Origin: Antedon mediterranea
Lineage: Eukaryota > Animalia > Echinodermata
Assembly (NCBI RefSeq): GCF_964355755.1
Contig: NC_092680.1
Span: 20,717,045 to 20,781,044 of the forward strand
Reading direction: 5' to 3'
Length of the DNA: 64,000 nt
Notes under the pieces: generated by a model
What the model saw: the letters and a program-made list of their open reading frames with translations, nothing else
Told to the model about the DNA's origin: nothing
Database searches by the model: none
Part shown: piece by piece, positions 25,801 to 37,516 of the stretch
How the letters are laid out: each line of letters opens with the position of its first letter
Position numbering within the stretch: position 1 is the first letter of the stretch
Made by a program: the position numbers and the translations under genes

Positions 25801-27068
25801 TCGTAATCATAAGTTCAATAATATTTATAAAATTGCTAAAGTGCTAAATAGACGACCAATAAATGTATAGCAAAACACATCTCATCACAAATGGTAAAGT
25901 ATACTGTGTGTATTCTCTTGCAACTTAATCCTGTAGTAAATTTGTTGCAGTTAAGTTCATTATAATTTACATCATTGTCTACCTTTGTTACAGTATCTTT
26001 ACATAGTAATTTATGCAATCTTATGAATTGTTATACTTAGTCTTGAAAATAATTTCATTTTGAAATGAGTAAATTATTTCTTTTTTGTTAATCCAATACA
26101 AGAAAACAAATAAGTATGTAATAAGTATGTGTAAATGTGTGTATGTATAGTGTCATACAGTAATTGTGTATTATTGTAAATAAAACAATTACCTTATTTT
26201 GCAATGACAATGATGCACCATGCTGTTGTATGAGAAATTCCACTATTTCCAAGGTACAATGTTGATAATGCACATACAAATGAAGTGGAGTGTTTCCATC
26301 CTTGATGAATAAAATCATAATCATAAGTTCAATATATTGATAACAGCTATATAAGTAATTGATAAGTGCTAAATAGCCAACCAATAAATCTATAGCATAG
26401 CGTCATTTCATACAAGTGTGTTTTGTAAAAAGGAAACGTTCTCTGTAAATCTAAACTATGCATAATGTATGATTCTTTTTATATACCTCATCAGTAGTTT
26501 TTAAAATATCTGGATGTTTCCTGCAAATTTGTTCAATTTTCTTCAAGTCCTCATTACGCATAGCTTGTCTCAAATATTCCCTGTCAAAATGCAAGAAATA
26601 ATGCATTACTGTATTACCAGAGATTTGATGAGAATAACAGTTCAGGATAATAATATTTATAATTTTATAAGAAAATCGTACCGTAGTGTTTTTTTTAAAT
26701 TTTAATCTTGTAAATAATTATGTATGTTTACACTTAATTCAGCCAAGGATGTTTTTCAGGCACAGCCATAAATAAAATTATAAACACAAAAGAAGGAAAC
26801 CATTAAAAATATAATAATGTAGGTTAGTAAACTCATTTCACATTGTTTTTCAATTATTATACTTCTTATGCATTTGAGAATGAATATCTAGATGGTGGAT
26901 TTATAATAAAATTTAAAAATCCGTCCGTTTCACTTATTCTGATTAGTATAAAATGAAATTCAAGTTTTAATTATTTCTATATTTTTTAATGTTAGTGTAT
27001 ACATCGAGTCTTCTTGATTTTAATTAAAAAATAAAAACAACATACCAAGCATTCTGAATTGAAGACAT
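452..27068 (-). CDS. Gene A: ankyrin-cassette protein, paralog of ROCO gene B; 5' part only, continues beyond position 1
   Basis: ATG exon 27068-27046 (MSSIQNAW), N-cap exon 26580-26487 (EYLRQAMRNEDLKKIEQICRKHPDILKTTDE), then phase-0 AG/GT-flanked ankyrin exons at 26300-26193, 25786-25682 (donor mutated), 24760-24653, 24239-24132, 23713-23606, 21793-21686, 20703-20596, 20279-20172, 19678-19568, 19408-19301, 18314-18201, 4507-4400, 4087-3980, 2994-2887, 2475-2368, 1952-1845, 1428-1321, 827-720, 553-452. Consensus (D/N)G(D/N)TPLHLYxxxxx(C/Y)TLEIVxxLIQQHGASLSLQNK. ROC-COR is not in the window and is inferred from homology of the first exons and introns to gene B. Confidence 0.85.
5374..9792 (+). 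CDS. Transposon-borne 7-exon gene, about 361 aa, with C-terminal C3HC4 RING finger (putative E3 ubiquitin ligase)
   Basis: GT-AG exons 5374-5484, 6031-6151, 6426-6482, 6818-7215, 7685-7745, 8342-8496, 9610-9792 total 1086 nt and splice in frame. Motifs: LQIFDDEFEEWVDI; MGWLHF..YTQVRAIKGGGT..FFQNGNS; PQPLET repeats; CGICCDRQKSCFFITCGHTICLPC...ECPFCKQVITTVRHLY*. Confidence 0.8.
10760..14584 (+). mobile_element. Degraded non-LTR retrotransposon (APE endonuclease plus RT) nested in the IS3EU-like element
   Basis: Frame-broken motifs GISETFL, LLMGDFNARIG, PGLDNITNELLK, IPKDWN, AFLDFRKAFDSVW, KQGCVLSPILFNIFINEL, LFWADDI; 3' (TTA)n tail at about 14573-14584; many stops and frameshifts; 5' boundary approximate. 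Confidence 0.85.
13081..13310 (+). mobile_element. Helentron/DINE-like non-autonomous fragment interrupting the LINE RT
   Basis: TTTTTACTCG...CGAGTAAAAA inverted repeat with GGGTACCC palindrome at the point where RT homology breaks; 3' end approximate. Confidence 0.4.
15108..16925 (-). CDS. IS3/IS481-type DDE integrase-core transposase (IS3EU-like)
   Basis: Uninterrupted 422-codon ORF 16376-15108 with HVDGFDKL, RADRGTEN and NQRIEAFW (D-D-E triad) and an N-terminal HTH-like region. Probable first exon 16925-16905 (MYMFYKK, gtaag donor) spliced in frame to 16382 (acceptor cttcctataccag). Confidence 0.9.
21940..23262 (-). mobile_element. Non-autonomous Helitron, 1323 bp
   Basis: Minus strand starts TCTATATA and ends CTAG, with a 13-bp-stem hairpin at 21940-21976. 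Inserted between A and T with no TSD in the conserved intron motif gtgtatta|ttgtaaat. Confidence 0.9.
24861..25674 (-). mobile_element. Helentron-associated (DINE-1/HINE-like) non-autonomous element
   Basis: Minus strand: TTTTTAGTCGCGTG subterminal IR, (GTCT/GTCG)n microsatellites, CACGCGACT IR, GGCTGTTGGCC hairpin then TTGTT; inserted in a T-run of the intron motif gtgaaaaaattac. Confidence 0.8.
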
Positions 27069-27470
27069 ACTGCGTATTCATTTACCAGTATTTGTGTGCC
27101 AATGACTTAGTAAAAAAAGAAAATAGGAAAGGCAAGTAATAAATTATGTAATCTCTTCTGATAAAACTATTTTTTTTTCTTCTCATTTTCTGTCTGAATA
27201 ATTCTTTTCTGGGTACTTTTTAGGCATCAGTTTCAGTTTAAGCATTCAAATAGTTTTACTTTATAAGGGTCCCTTTATAATCAATAACACTAATTGTTTA
27301 GGTTACTGATTATTAGTTTTTGCTAGATTGACCACATAAATAAATATTAACAAATAACTTTTGTCATAGGCCTACTGAATCAAACTAAAAAGCAATACAA
27401 TAACTACTACTGTCTGTAAGTAACCTATATAGTATGGTACAAAAGAGGTACTATATATCCTTTCGCCTAA

Positions 27471-27653
27471 ATGCCAATTTAAACAGACGAGAGGTAACGG
27501 TAATAAAAATATAGAATCTTTGTTATTCCTTTTGACCATTTACACACAAAATGCGGAGTGGACAGGCGGTTTCCGTTCAGGATATATTATACGTTGGACA
27601 AGCTACGCGGTTTCCCACTTACTGTCTCAACGTTTGTCTGTGTAAATTGGCCT
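27471..27653. mobile_element. MITE (PIF/Harbinger-like) upstream of gene A
   Basis: TIR ATGCCAATTTAAACAGAC / GTCTGTGTAAATTGGCCT with TAA flanks; counterpart at 61802-61990. Confidence 0.7.
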
Positions 27654-30600
27654 TAATAGTACTCGATACTGAAATAGTGTATCTGACTCTTGTTAACAAA
27701 CAATAGGCCTGTATTACCATCGTGTAAAGAAAGACTGTACTGGTATTTCCAAAAAATGTACCAACAATTTAACTACTATTATGCAACAGAAAAACTTACA
27801 TATAATTACTGCACTTTCAGTAAAACTGTGTTACTTTAAAAACTATTATTTTATACTTACATAACTTGTTCAGGTGGAAACATTTACTCATAGAGATATT
27901 ATAGTGACCATCTCTATGATTTACTTAACAGTCATGGGATTGTGACAGAACCTGTCTCCTGACTGATGATGGTACAGTTATCTCAAGCTAATAAACTTTA
28001 GACTTTACTTTGGCTACAGAGTAAACTTTTATCTTTGGTGAAGATAAATAATGCCTATTGTTTAAAACTATAAACACCATGTTTACAAAACTTGAGGTTA
28101 TCATAAGGTTAACAAAGACTGGCTATAAAATATTCATAGTTAGATGTAATTAACACAAATACAATTGTATTTTACCTTGCCTGATCACCTGAGGGTACAG
28201 TAATAACGTGCAAACAAAAACCTAAAAATTAAAAATCTATTTTTGTCATTTATACCATCTTTAAAGAAGACCCTATTTCATTTCTTCTGCTGTAAAAAAA
28301 GATTTTTATTAGTAATAAAATTGCAAAATACAACAAGTAAAGAAATTAAATCATTACAGCATGGGGGTTTTGGGTGGGGAGCAGTTATTTGAGGAAAGCG
28401 TTTTGTTCGAGGGGAGGGTTTTGTTCGTTATTGTAGGCCTAATGCACACATAATAATCAATAATAATTGTAAAACTACAACACAATTAATATCAAGAAGT
28501 GATAAAATACAGTAAAAGCTGCATTGTAAAATTATAGATAATCACAGATACAAATAGAAATGTGTTTATAACAAATACATTTTATTTTCTGTATATGCAG
28601 AACATTGACCTAATAAAGGAATACTGTCCCATACCAAAGGAACACAATAGCAATATTAGCACATTGTAATTTAATTCTGGAAAGTCTATAAGATTGTATT
28701 ATATTATTATTAATGCTGCAGTTGTTTTGTGTTTTCAATGTAAACTAGTACATAATACAAGTAGTCTTACCAACTTACAAAAGCCTTTAGAGTAATCACA
28801 GTGATAATTTTTTAGTTCCAATTTATGATTGTGTGAATAAAAATGTGTAAGGTATACAGTAACAACAGACTACAATTTAAAACAAATTTCTTTATTTATG
28901 GTAATAAAAAAATCAGGTAATCTTTGACTCCAGAATGTCTGTTCCTATTACTTTACACAAATATTTAAGAGTACTATAATTCACCAATATTGCACTTACT
29001 CACTGAACATTTTATATCATACTGTATGTGGTTCTATAAGCTTTTTTTTTGTTTAAGTAATGTTGTTTTTTTGCTTAGATTCGGTCCCCATAAAAATCTT
29101 TCTGTTCTGTTGAGATGGGTTTATTGTGTAAGTTGCTTTACCAGTTTATGTTAACATGACCTATTATAGTTAGCACACACACACATGCTTGTCTGGTTTA
29201 TTTTCTGGTAAATCATACCATATAGCCTATTCAACTCCAATAAATAAATAGCCAGACACTACCATGGAATCCATTGTAATCTATTTACATGTAATAAATA
29301 GATAGCCAGACACTACCATGGAATCCATTGTAATCTATTTCATAATAAGAAGTGTAAATCTATTCCTTGAGAAGCTTCTGTTTCTGTATACACTTCCACA
29401 TCCATTTGTCATCAACAACTTTGGCAGATGAATCAAGTTTAATCTAAAATGAAAAAATGAATTGTTACATTGTGAATTTACTTTGGACAATCAGGCATGA
29501 TGGGAGTTTATCACAATTTCTCCAAGTATTTGTGTTCTGGCTTAGTTATAGCCTGAACTACAACATCTGGTTCAGACCTACTCACCAACGACACACTAGG
29601 ATAGTACATTACAGTAGGTATGTCTCCTGATAATCAGTTTAAAACATTATTTGTCGGTCACTAAAACCAAAATCGAGTCAACTAAAACATCCAAAACTCA
29701 ATCAACCAAATCAACAAATGAGTCAAACACATGAAACAAAACTACAAAAAATCATATTGATCATTTTATAGAAAAGTGTAGGTTTTGTAAATGAGGTAGA
29801 CTTACCATTTGAGAATTGTTGCCTTGTATGATGTGTGTGACTGATGGTTTAAGATCTTTTACAACATCACCATCATATGTAAGTAGCAGTTAAAAAAATA
29901 AAAATAATGAATTATTAATAATTACACTGACTATTAATTTTAGAACAATAATAATAATCAGTGTCTTGTTTATGTTTAAATACAAAAGGATATGCAATGA
30001 TGTAACGTGTCAACTTCTTTTGTTGATCGCTGTCAACACCTGAGAAATAAACACAAACACCTCGTAAAAAACTAGGCAAGCTAAACGTCTGTTCATGATT
30101 CGTTGGATTCATTGCTAAGCTTGAAGTTGATGGTTTGTCAACGTCTGATTGGGTCACTACAGTCTGTTTGACGTCTGATTGGCCGAAAGTCTGTTTGACT
30201 TGATTTTTCCTGCTTTTTCTTGGGTAATAATATCTGATTAATTAGTGAAGAATACTGAACAGAAAAATGTACAGTGAATATCACCATTTTAAACTTATTT
30301 ATTTGTTGGAATTGGAGATGAAACTTTTTACATTTAATACAAATCAAGAATTAACCAACCACCTGCACCAGCACTGTTTATTAAGTGAGCAGGATATTAT
30401 TTGTTATAATATTGTGTTAGGGTAATAATAGTGTAGATGATGAAAGTGACAGGGTAAGTATTACCAAGGGTTTTCTAAACATTACAGAACCCTTGAGCAT
30501 TCTCTAATGTTACTAACATTCATCTTCTAAAATCCCATTGCTACCATAAAGGATACATAAAAACAGGTATTCCTTTAGCTGTTTCCTTAGCAGTCGTTCT

Positions 30601-31195
30601 GTTCCATACCAATTAAAACCTGCTGTTGCATAGCCTATCCTTGGCAGGTAAACACTTGCTACAAAATTGATTCATTTAATTTTATTTCATATATTTCGTC
30701 AAAGAAGTATAAACACAGATATCTTATTTTTTAGACAATTCTCCTAGAGAGGCCATATTGTAAGAACAACAAGTAAAGAGTAACATTGTCAAGATAAAAT
30801 CTATGAAATTTTTTAATCATCGTCGTGGTATTTTAGAACAATATAATATATTTTTATTGCCTTATAAAAATGTTGATTATAATTATTATTGATGAAGTAT
30901 AATGGATAATAATAATAAAAGCAAGAGATGTTTACCTTTCTTTTTTTTGGCAATAACATAGATTTTTTGAAGAGCTGTCTCTAATGCAGATAACTTAATA
31001 CCTGATAGGTTGTTATACTTATCCCTATGCTGAGCCACTACTAATATCAGCTGCAAAATAATTTATATATTTGTTTATTTAATGTTATATTATGTTTATT
31101 TCTTTAAATTAAATCACAATTTTAATCGAATCAACATTCATGTGACATGTCGAAGCACTGTGTTGGAGAGTTATTGAGTTTTAGGTGTCCAAGTA

Positions 31196-31718
31196 AAGTG
31201 GTCTGTAGTCATAGTAATAGGTCATCCATTAAGTGGTCTGTAGTCATAGGGATAGGTCATCCATTAAGTGGTCTGTAGTCATAGTAATAGGTCATCCATT
31301 AAGTGGTCTGTAGTCATAGGGATAGGTCATCCATTAAGTGGTCTGTAGTCATAGTAATAGGTCATCCATTAAGTGGTCTGTAGTCATAGTAATAGGTCAT
31401 CCATTAAGTGGTCTGTAGTCATAGTGATAGGTCATCCATTAAGTGGTCTGTAGTCATAGTAATAGGTCATCCATTAAGTGGTCTGTAGTCATAGTAATAG
31501 GTCATCCATTAAGTGGTCTGTAGTCATAGGGATAGGTCATCCATTAAGTGGTCTGTAGTCATAGTAATAGGTCATCCATTAAGTGGTCTGTAGTCATAGT
31601 AATAGGTCATCCATTAAGTGGTCTGTAGTCATAGTAATAGGTCATCCATTAAGTGGTCTGTAGTCATAGTAATAGGTCATCCATTAAGTGGTCTGTAGTC
31701 ATAGTGATAAGTCATCCA
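31196..31718. repeat. 35-bp minisatellite, about 15 copies, intronic
   Basis: Unit aagtggtctgtagtcatagtaataggtcatccatt, no spacers. Confidence 0.95.
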
Positions 31719-33151
31719 TGGAACTAGTAAACCTACCCAATCTTTAGTATCTTTCTGTGATTTTATATCATCTAATTTCATAAGGTGTGCATCGCCAAGG
31801 TTTAAATCTAAAGAATAAAACAAAGACAAGAATCTATCCTTAATTATATCAATGATAATAACAACACTTTCAATCAAATTTACAGTAGTTTCACAATAGG
31901 TTATGTATATAAGATTCATAAACTCTAAATATTATTGATTTAATATCAATTTAATCAATATAAAATAAAATACAGCAAGCTATGCCAAAGTGTAATTAAT
32001 GACCACAGACATTAATTAAGGGTATGTTTGACTGTCATTATTTATCTTTATCTATATATTATTCAGGTGAACAGCATTACACACCTTTCATCTCACCAGC
32101 TAGTTCATACCTATCAGCTGGCGTTGGACTGCGTGCATCAATGGCAGAGAATAAACCACCTGAACCCCAACTACCGCTGTCATCTATACAAAAAGAAAAA
32201 AGAGATTTTACTTTTAATATGAACACTTAATTTTGTTTGCAAAAATTGAATTGATGAGGAAGTAATGATTAATGTCTATCTCTTTCTCTATGTTTTAATT
32301 TCTCATTTATTTCTTTTTTTGTTTTATCCTACATTTCCTTGCACATGGTTGTGGTTCTGATGATTTACAAATGTATCAATACTATATCAATTAATTCATT
32401 ACTACAAACAAGAATTGAAAGTACTGAAATCTGATAAAATAAAAAAGAAATGTTAATTTTAATATGAACTAAATTCTTTTTTATCCTCCATTTCTTCGCA
32501 TAACCTTTAAGCAAATATAGACGATTTAGTAGTGTATCTTAAGTACTGAAATCCAGTATTTAGAAAGGAACATTACATTTCAATGAAAAATGCACAATTT
32601 ACACTCTTCAAAAACTCACCAACACAATGAACAATGAGGGCGTCCTTGCCATTGGTATTTACTGGATGTGTAACGTCACCACCAACATAACCAAGAGGTG
32701 TGTCATCTTGGTCATCTAATTCATCTTCATCCTCTTCATCTTCAGATGGTACATTCAGAGATTCATAATCATTCTCTTTCCACATTTTCTCACTGAATAA
32801 AAAAATTCAAATATAATTATAATCTTTTCTGTCACCAATGTTACAAAGTTTTTTAAAAGGTCAAAGTTTACAGATAAATAAAATATAAGTTATCATTGGT
32901 TAGCGCTTACAGTTTTCGTCTTCTTTCTTCTGTTCGTTTCATTTCAGCTTCCTGCTTCAGTCTAGCACGTTTGGTGGCAGCATCTTGTCGTTTCTTCTTT
33001 AATTCTTCCTGTTCCTCATCTGTAAGAATCTTCCTCTTTCTATGTGGTAAGTCTTTTAATGACAATGATGATGTGTTCGTACTTCTCCGTGACCTTTCAC
33101 CTGATGTGCTCTGTTCATTTTCTATTATCTTGGCTACGTAGTAAAGTAACA

Positions 33152-33508
33152 TTTATTTTATTTTATTTATTTTATGTCTTTAGGCAATGTGGCCAAGGAT
33201 TACCAATAGTGAATTAATCACTGTCCTATCAGATAGGTGGTAATCCTCCTGATACAGGGGCTATTGTGTGAACCAGTTCACCGGGGTAACCCCCTACTCT
33301 TTTTCGAATAATGAACTGGGTTCTTTAAAGTACACACAGGTTATAACTGTGTACACTGGACCTACGGTTTATAGTCCTTATCCGAGAAGACTTGTTCCAC
33401 CACCAGAACTAGGAGCGAGTCGGCCTCGAACCCTTGCCGATGTTGTTGTTGGCTCTTTAGATACGGTAAACGGCGCCCCTGCCTTAACCGCTTGGCCATA
33501 TGACTCGC
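33152..33508 (-). mobile_element. tRNA-derived SINE with Deu/Nin-like central domain
   Basis: Minus strand: A box TGGCCAAGCGG, B box GGTTCGAGGCC, GCGAGTC/GACTCGC stem; core CTCGGATAAGGACTATAAACCGTAGGTCC and TCGAAAAAGAGTAGGGGGTTACCCCGG; (TAAA)n tail. Confidence 0.75.
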
Positions 33509-36500
33509 AATTTTGAATAGTTTAATTAACAAATTTGTGTTTTTGTTAATCCTTTAGGTACACAGCCATGGATTATTAAGAGAGACTGTGTCCACCCATC
33601 TGTTGAAGATAGAATTGTTTTGATATACAAGTACAAAAATATTTGCACATTTTTCAAGTATGCTTCAACCCTTATATTTTATATGACAATCACCATTCAC
33701 AAACATTAAAAATGATTACCTGCCAACATTTCATCAAAAGCATTGAGGGCAGCAGAGCTGGTTTCTTTCGAGTAATCTTTACCTTCAAACATGTACATGT
33801 GACAATCTAATATTAAAATGTATATCAAACAACAAATTATTAATATAAAACTTAAGAGGCCAATAGTAACTTTATTCAGTCTGTCCTACTACGATTGCTT
33901 GAGGCTGTACTACTGAATTGAAGTCAAGTTGTAATTTATTTTTCTCAATTCTACATTAAATAATAAATTAATTCCAATACCTTGCGTTTGGAAATCCTCA
34001 CATGAGTCACTTATCAACTCAGCATCATCTTTGGCAGCGTCTAAATCCTCGTTATTCATCTTCCATTCTCCATCTACACTTGGTCCTAGTATTCTCTCAA
34101 GATCAATTCCGTTTGTCTGTTCTTCTTCAAGGAGTTTATCAAGTCCAAACTTAAGCATTTCAGACAGCTAAAAAAAACCCATGTTCTACATTTGTTATAA
34201 ATTCTCACAAAAAAAAAAATAAAACAAAAGAAATGAATTTTACATGAAAATTCAATGGGCTCAGAACTACAACCACCAGGAAATAGATTTTGGTCCTAAA
34301 AAAATAATTTTTATATAATTAGTCATAACTAACACACCTGTTGTGGAGTTTCTGATGTACCATTCTTGGTGCCTAAGGAGAATTGACCGCCCTCTATCAC
34401 CGAATTGGTTAGCTTAAGCTTAGCATCTGCCCTTCGTAAAATCACTTCCTCAACTGAATCTTTTCCAATTAAACGAATAATCTTTACTGGCCTTAAAAAA
34501 ACAAAATAAACAAGTTTTGATTAACAATAAAAACAAAAGTTTAGAATTTAGAATAAAGCTATTAGAAACAGATTACAACTAACGTTTTCAAGAGTGCATT
34601 GAAAACCTATCTGCTTTGGTTTTCCACAAGCGCCTTGAGCACTTTGGTGGATATGTACGCCTAACAAATCCTATTATAATTTCTATGATGTATAAAGAAA
34701 AAATAAGATAACTTACCGAGATTGTCCAATTCTATGAGCACGTGCAGAAGCTTGTAGATCATTCTGTGGGTTAAAATCTGTATCCAAGAATATCACGGTG
34801 TCTGCACTAACCAAGTTTAACCCTTGACCTCCAGCTTTAGTACTTAGTAAGAATACAAATGTCTTGTCATCTCGATTAAAATTCTTAATTGCTAAGAATC
34901 GTTCTTCACCTCTCACTGATCCATCAAGTCTTTCATATGAGTAGCCTAGTGAGCACAATAAAGAAACATAGAATGTTAACAATACAGGTCTGTTTTACAG
35001 TACAGTGATGTAGCCTCAAGAAAGTGGTACAAGAAAAGGAAACAATATCTGTTTAAGTCACTTGGTTGTCAAAGGCCTCTGTAAAAAAGTGGTCAGGTTG
35101 AAACTTTACAAACCTTATTAGTGGCTGAGGCCCTGCAGTAGTTTTGATAGCTTTTTTAAATGTTATATATTATATGTATCTCCACTGATGTCCAGCCACT
35201 GATACACACGGCATTGTCAATTTTTTAAACAAGTTGCCTTTCGATATACAACTATATTAGTAATGTAACAGATGGATACAATTTGTATACTGTATTGTGG
35301 ATTTGTGGTGTAAATTATGTATTTATGTGTGTTTGACCTGAATAAATGAATACCCTCGGTACTCTTTGGTGTTTGTGTTCCTAAAACTGACCTCTGAATC
35401 CTAGGTAATCCTGTACTATGTCCAACATCCTAGTCATCTGAGAGAAAAGAAGGACCTTATGACCTTGTTGATATAGCAACAGAAGTAGTTGATCTAACAG
35501 GTGCAATTTACCACTTGCTTCAACCAGGTGTTCCCCAAGTTCAAATGGCTCTGGTTCCACACCTGCATAGAGAAAGTTTACCTTTCCTTACTTCAACTTT
35601 TTATGGTAAGATTTGATAATCTCTAAAGGAGGTACTGTATTAATAAATTGAACTACTGTATTAATTGAACTATTGACATTAAAAAATATTAAGTTGAAAA
35701 TTAGGATTAGTAAACAATGCCCAGGTGGAACTTAACATAAATTTTAAAGTGTATTATTCTCACAAATCATGTGCAAAAGTACATACAATACAAATATCAA
35801 AGCAATGAAATTCCTAAATAAAATTACCATCAAATAAATATGGGTGACTGACACATTTCCTGAGTTGAATCATAATGTTCATAAGTTGTGTCTTAGATGG
35901 TCCAATACAGTCTTGATTAAATGCAGCTGGAAAAAGAACATACAGAAACTATTATCTAGTACTCTTAATTACAAGTTGTACGTAATAACATTAAAAACTG
36001 TTGAACCAGAGGTGTACAGTACATGAGAAATGTCATTAAAGTGAAGCTACAGCTTGAATTAGCAAAATTAAACGATATTGCTTCGTAAAGCTCAGCTTTA
36101 TTAGATTCTTGGCCTTTTAAAATCGATTCAAGTTTTTTTTAACAAACGATTCAAACGATAGCTGGTCTTCGCTTTCGAATTCAGCAGGCTTGGTATTTGC
36201 TCGTGTAGATCGTGACATGGCTTGTCGTGATTGGCCTAGAGAAAATTAATATGCTAAGTAGTGCGTTTCAGGAGCTCGTTGTGTAAGCGTCTTACTCCGA
36301 TCGAATCATTGAACTGTATTGACCTAGTGCCAAGGTTGTAACTCACCACTCTTATCAACTCCACTCCCTAAGCCTCAAATGAGACTTAGTTTATAAGCAT
36401 GATAAATTATTAAATAGTTTATCCATCCTGTAATTGGCGAGTTTACTCACTGTTGGATATAAGTATGAAATTAAAAAAAAGGTGATATAAATCCGATTGA

Positions 36501-37516
36501 AAACTTGCTTTATAAATGTCACAAGATGGATGCACAGAATTCAACTGACCATAGTCTTTAAGAAGCACAGCTTTGTAGTACTTTTTCTGTAGGGCTGTTA
36601 TTCCATGAAATAGAACAACTTCAGTCTTCTTTGGCAGATCACTCAAAACTTCTGATTTAGTTCTTCTGAGTAGAAAAGGTGACAGCAAGTTGTGCAACTG
36701 GTTTTTCACTGTATGTGTATAATATAATAATTCATTATTTGGAAGGTTGAATTTCTATAGTTTTAGATTTTTAATACAATCATTTAGAAATGTCAAGAAT
36801 TTGTTAATATGCCTAATTTTTCAATTTCTTTGTTATAAAAGGCTGTAGAACAAATTAAGCAGAGTATATTTATAGACAAGAATTAACTCAATTGTTTTTG
36901 TTTTTAAATCCAATTTAGAACTACCTGAATCGTCATCTATATTTTCAAAATAATCTATGAAATCTTGCGAGTATTTCTGTTTGAATATCTTGGGTGCAAT
37001 GAATGCTAACAGGTTATACAGTTCCTTTAAATTATTCTGTACTGGTGTTCCTGTGAGCAGAAGACGTTGTGTCACATCAAACTAGAACAAACAAGAGGGC
37101 ATATTTGTAGTTATAAACATATCAAATAAAGACTGTGAGCTTGAACAGGATCATGTAGGCAAATACAGTAATCTAATTATAATACTTTTTTTGAACATAA
37201 AAACACCTTTAGTTAAATGATATTGACTTACATTACTGAGTGCTTGATGAAGCATAGAGTTTGAGTTTTTAAGTCGATGAGCCTCGTCAACTACCAAGGC
37301 TTCCCATAGTATGCTCTCGAGAAATGCAACATCTTTAAGCACCATCTGAAAATATATTGCTGGAGTATTAATATACACAGTAATAAATATTGCTTCCTTC
37401 TTCTAGCAATCGTGCTGGAGTTGACTCTATGTTGCAGGTGCAAACAGTGATGTTGTATATTCATATTCACATTCAATTTTGTTGTATCTATATTTTGCAA
37501 ATTTAACCTGAACTGT

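Larger units (their letters stand above)
17610..26400 (-). repeat. Ankyrin exon-intron tandem array, gene A proximal block (11 exons)
   Basis: Same unit as 1-4892; interrupted by a Helitron and a Helentron-type element. Confidence 0.95.

Noticed and set aside
452-26300. CRISPR-like or DGR-like reading of constant repeats with variable cores
   Set aside because: Eukaryotic exon-intron units; no cas genes; variation is not adenine-specific and the only RT is a dead LINE
29243-29341. Two-copy direct repeat of about 55 bp after the CHD1L stop
   Set aside because: Ordinary local tandem duplication in the 3' UTR region with no further structure
31196-31718. 35-bp repeat as a CRISPR array
   Set aside because: Head-to-tail copies with no unique spacers
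33415-33508. tRNA gene
   Set aside because: A and B boxes are present but there is no canonical cloverleaf, and it continues into a SINE core and A-rich tail
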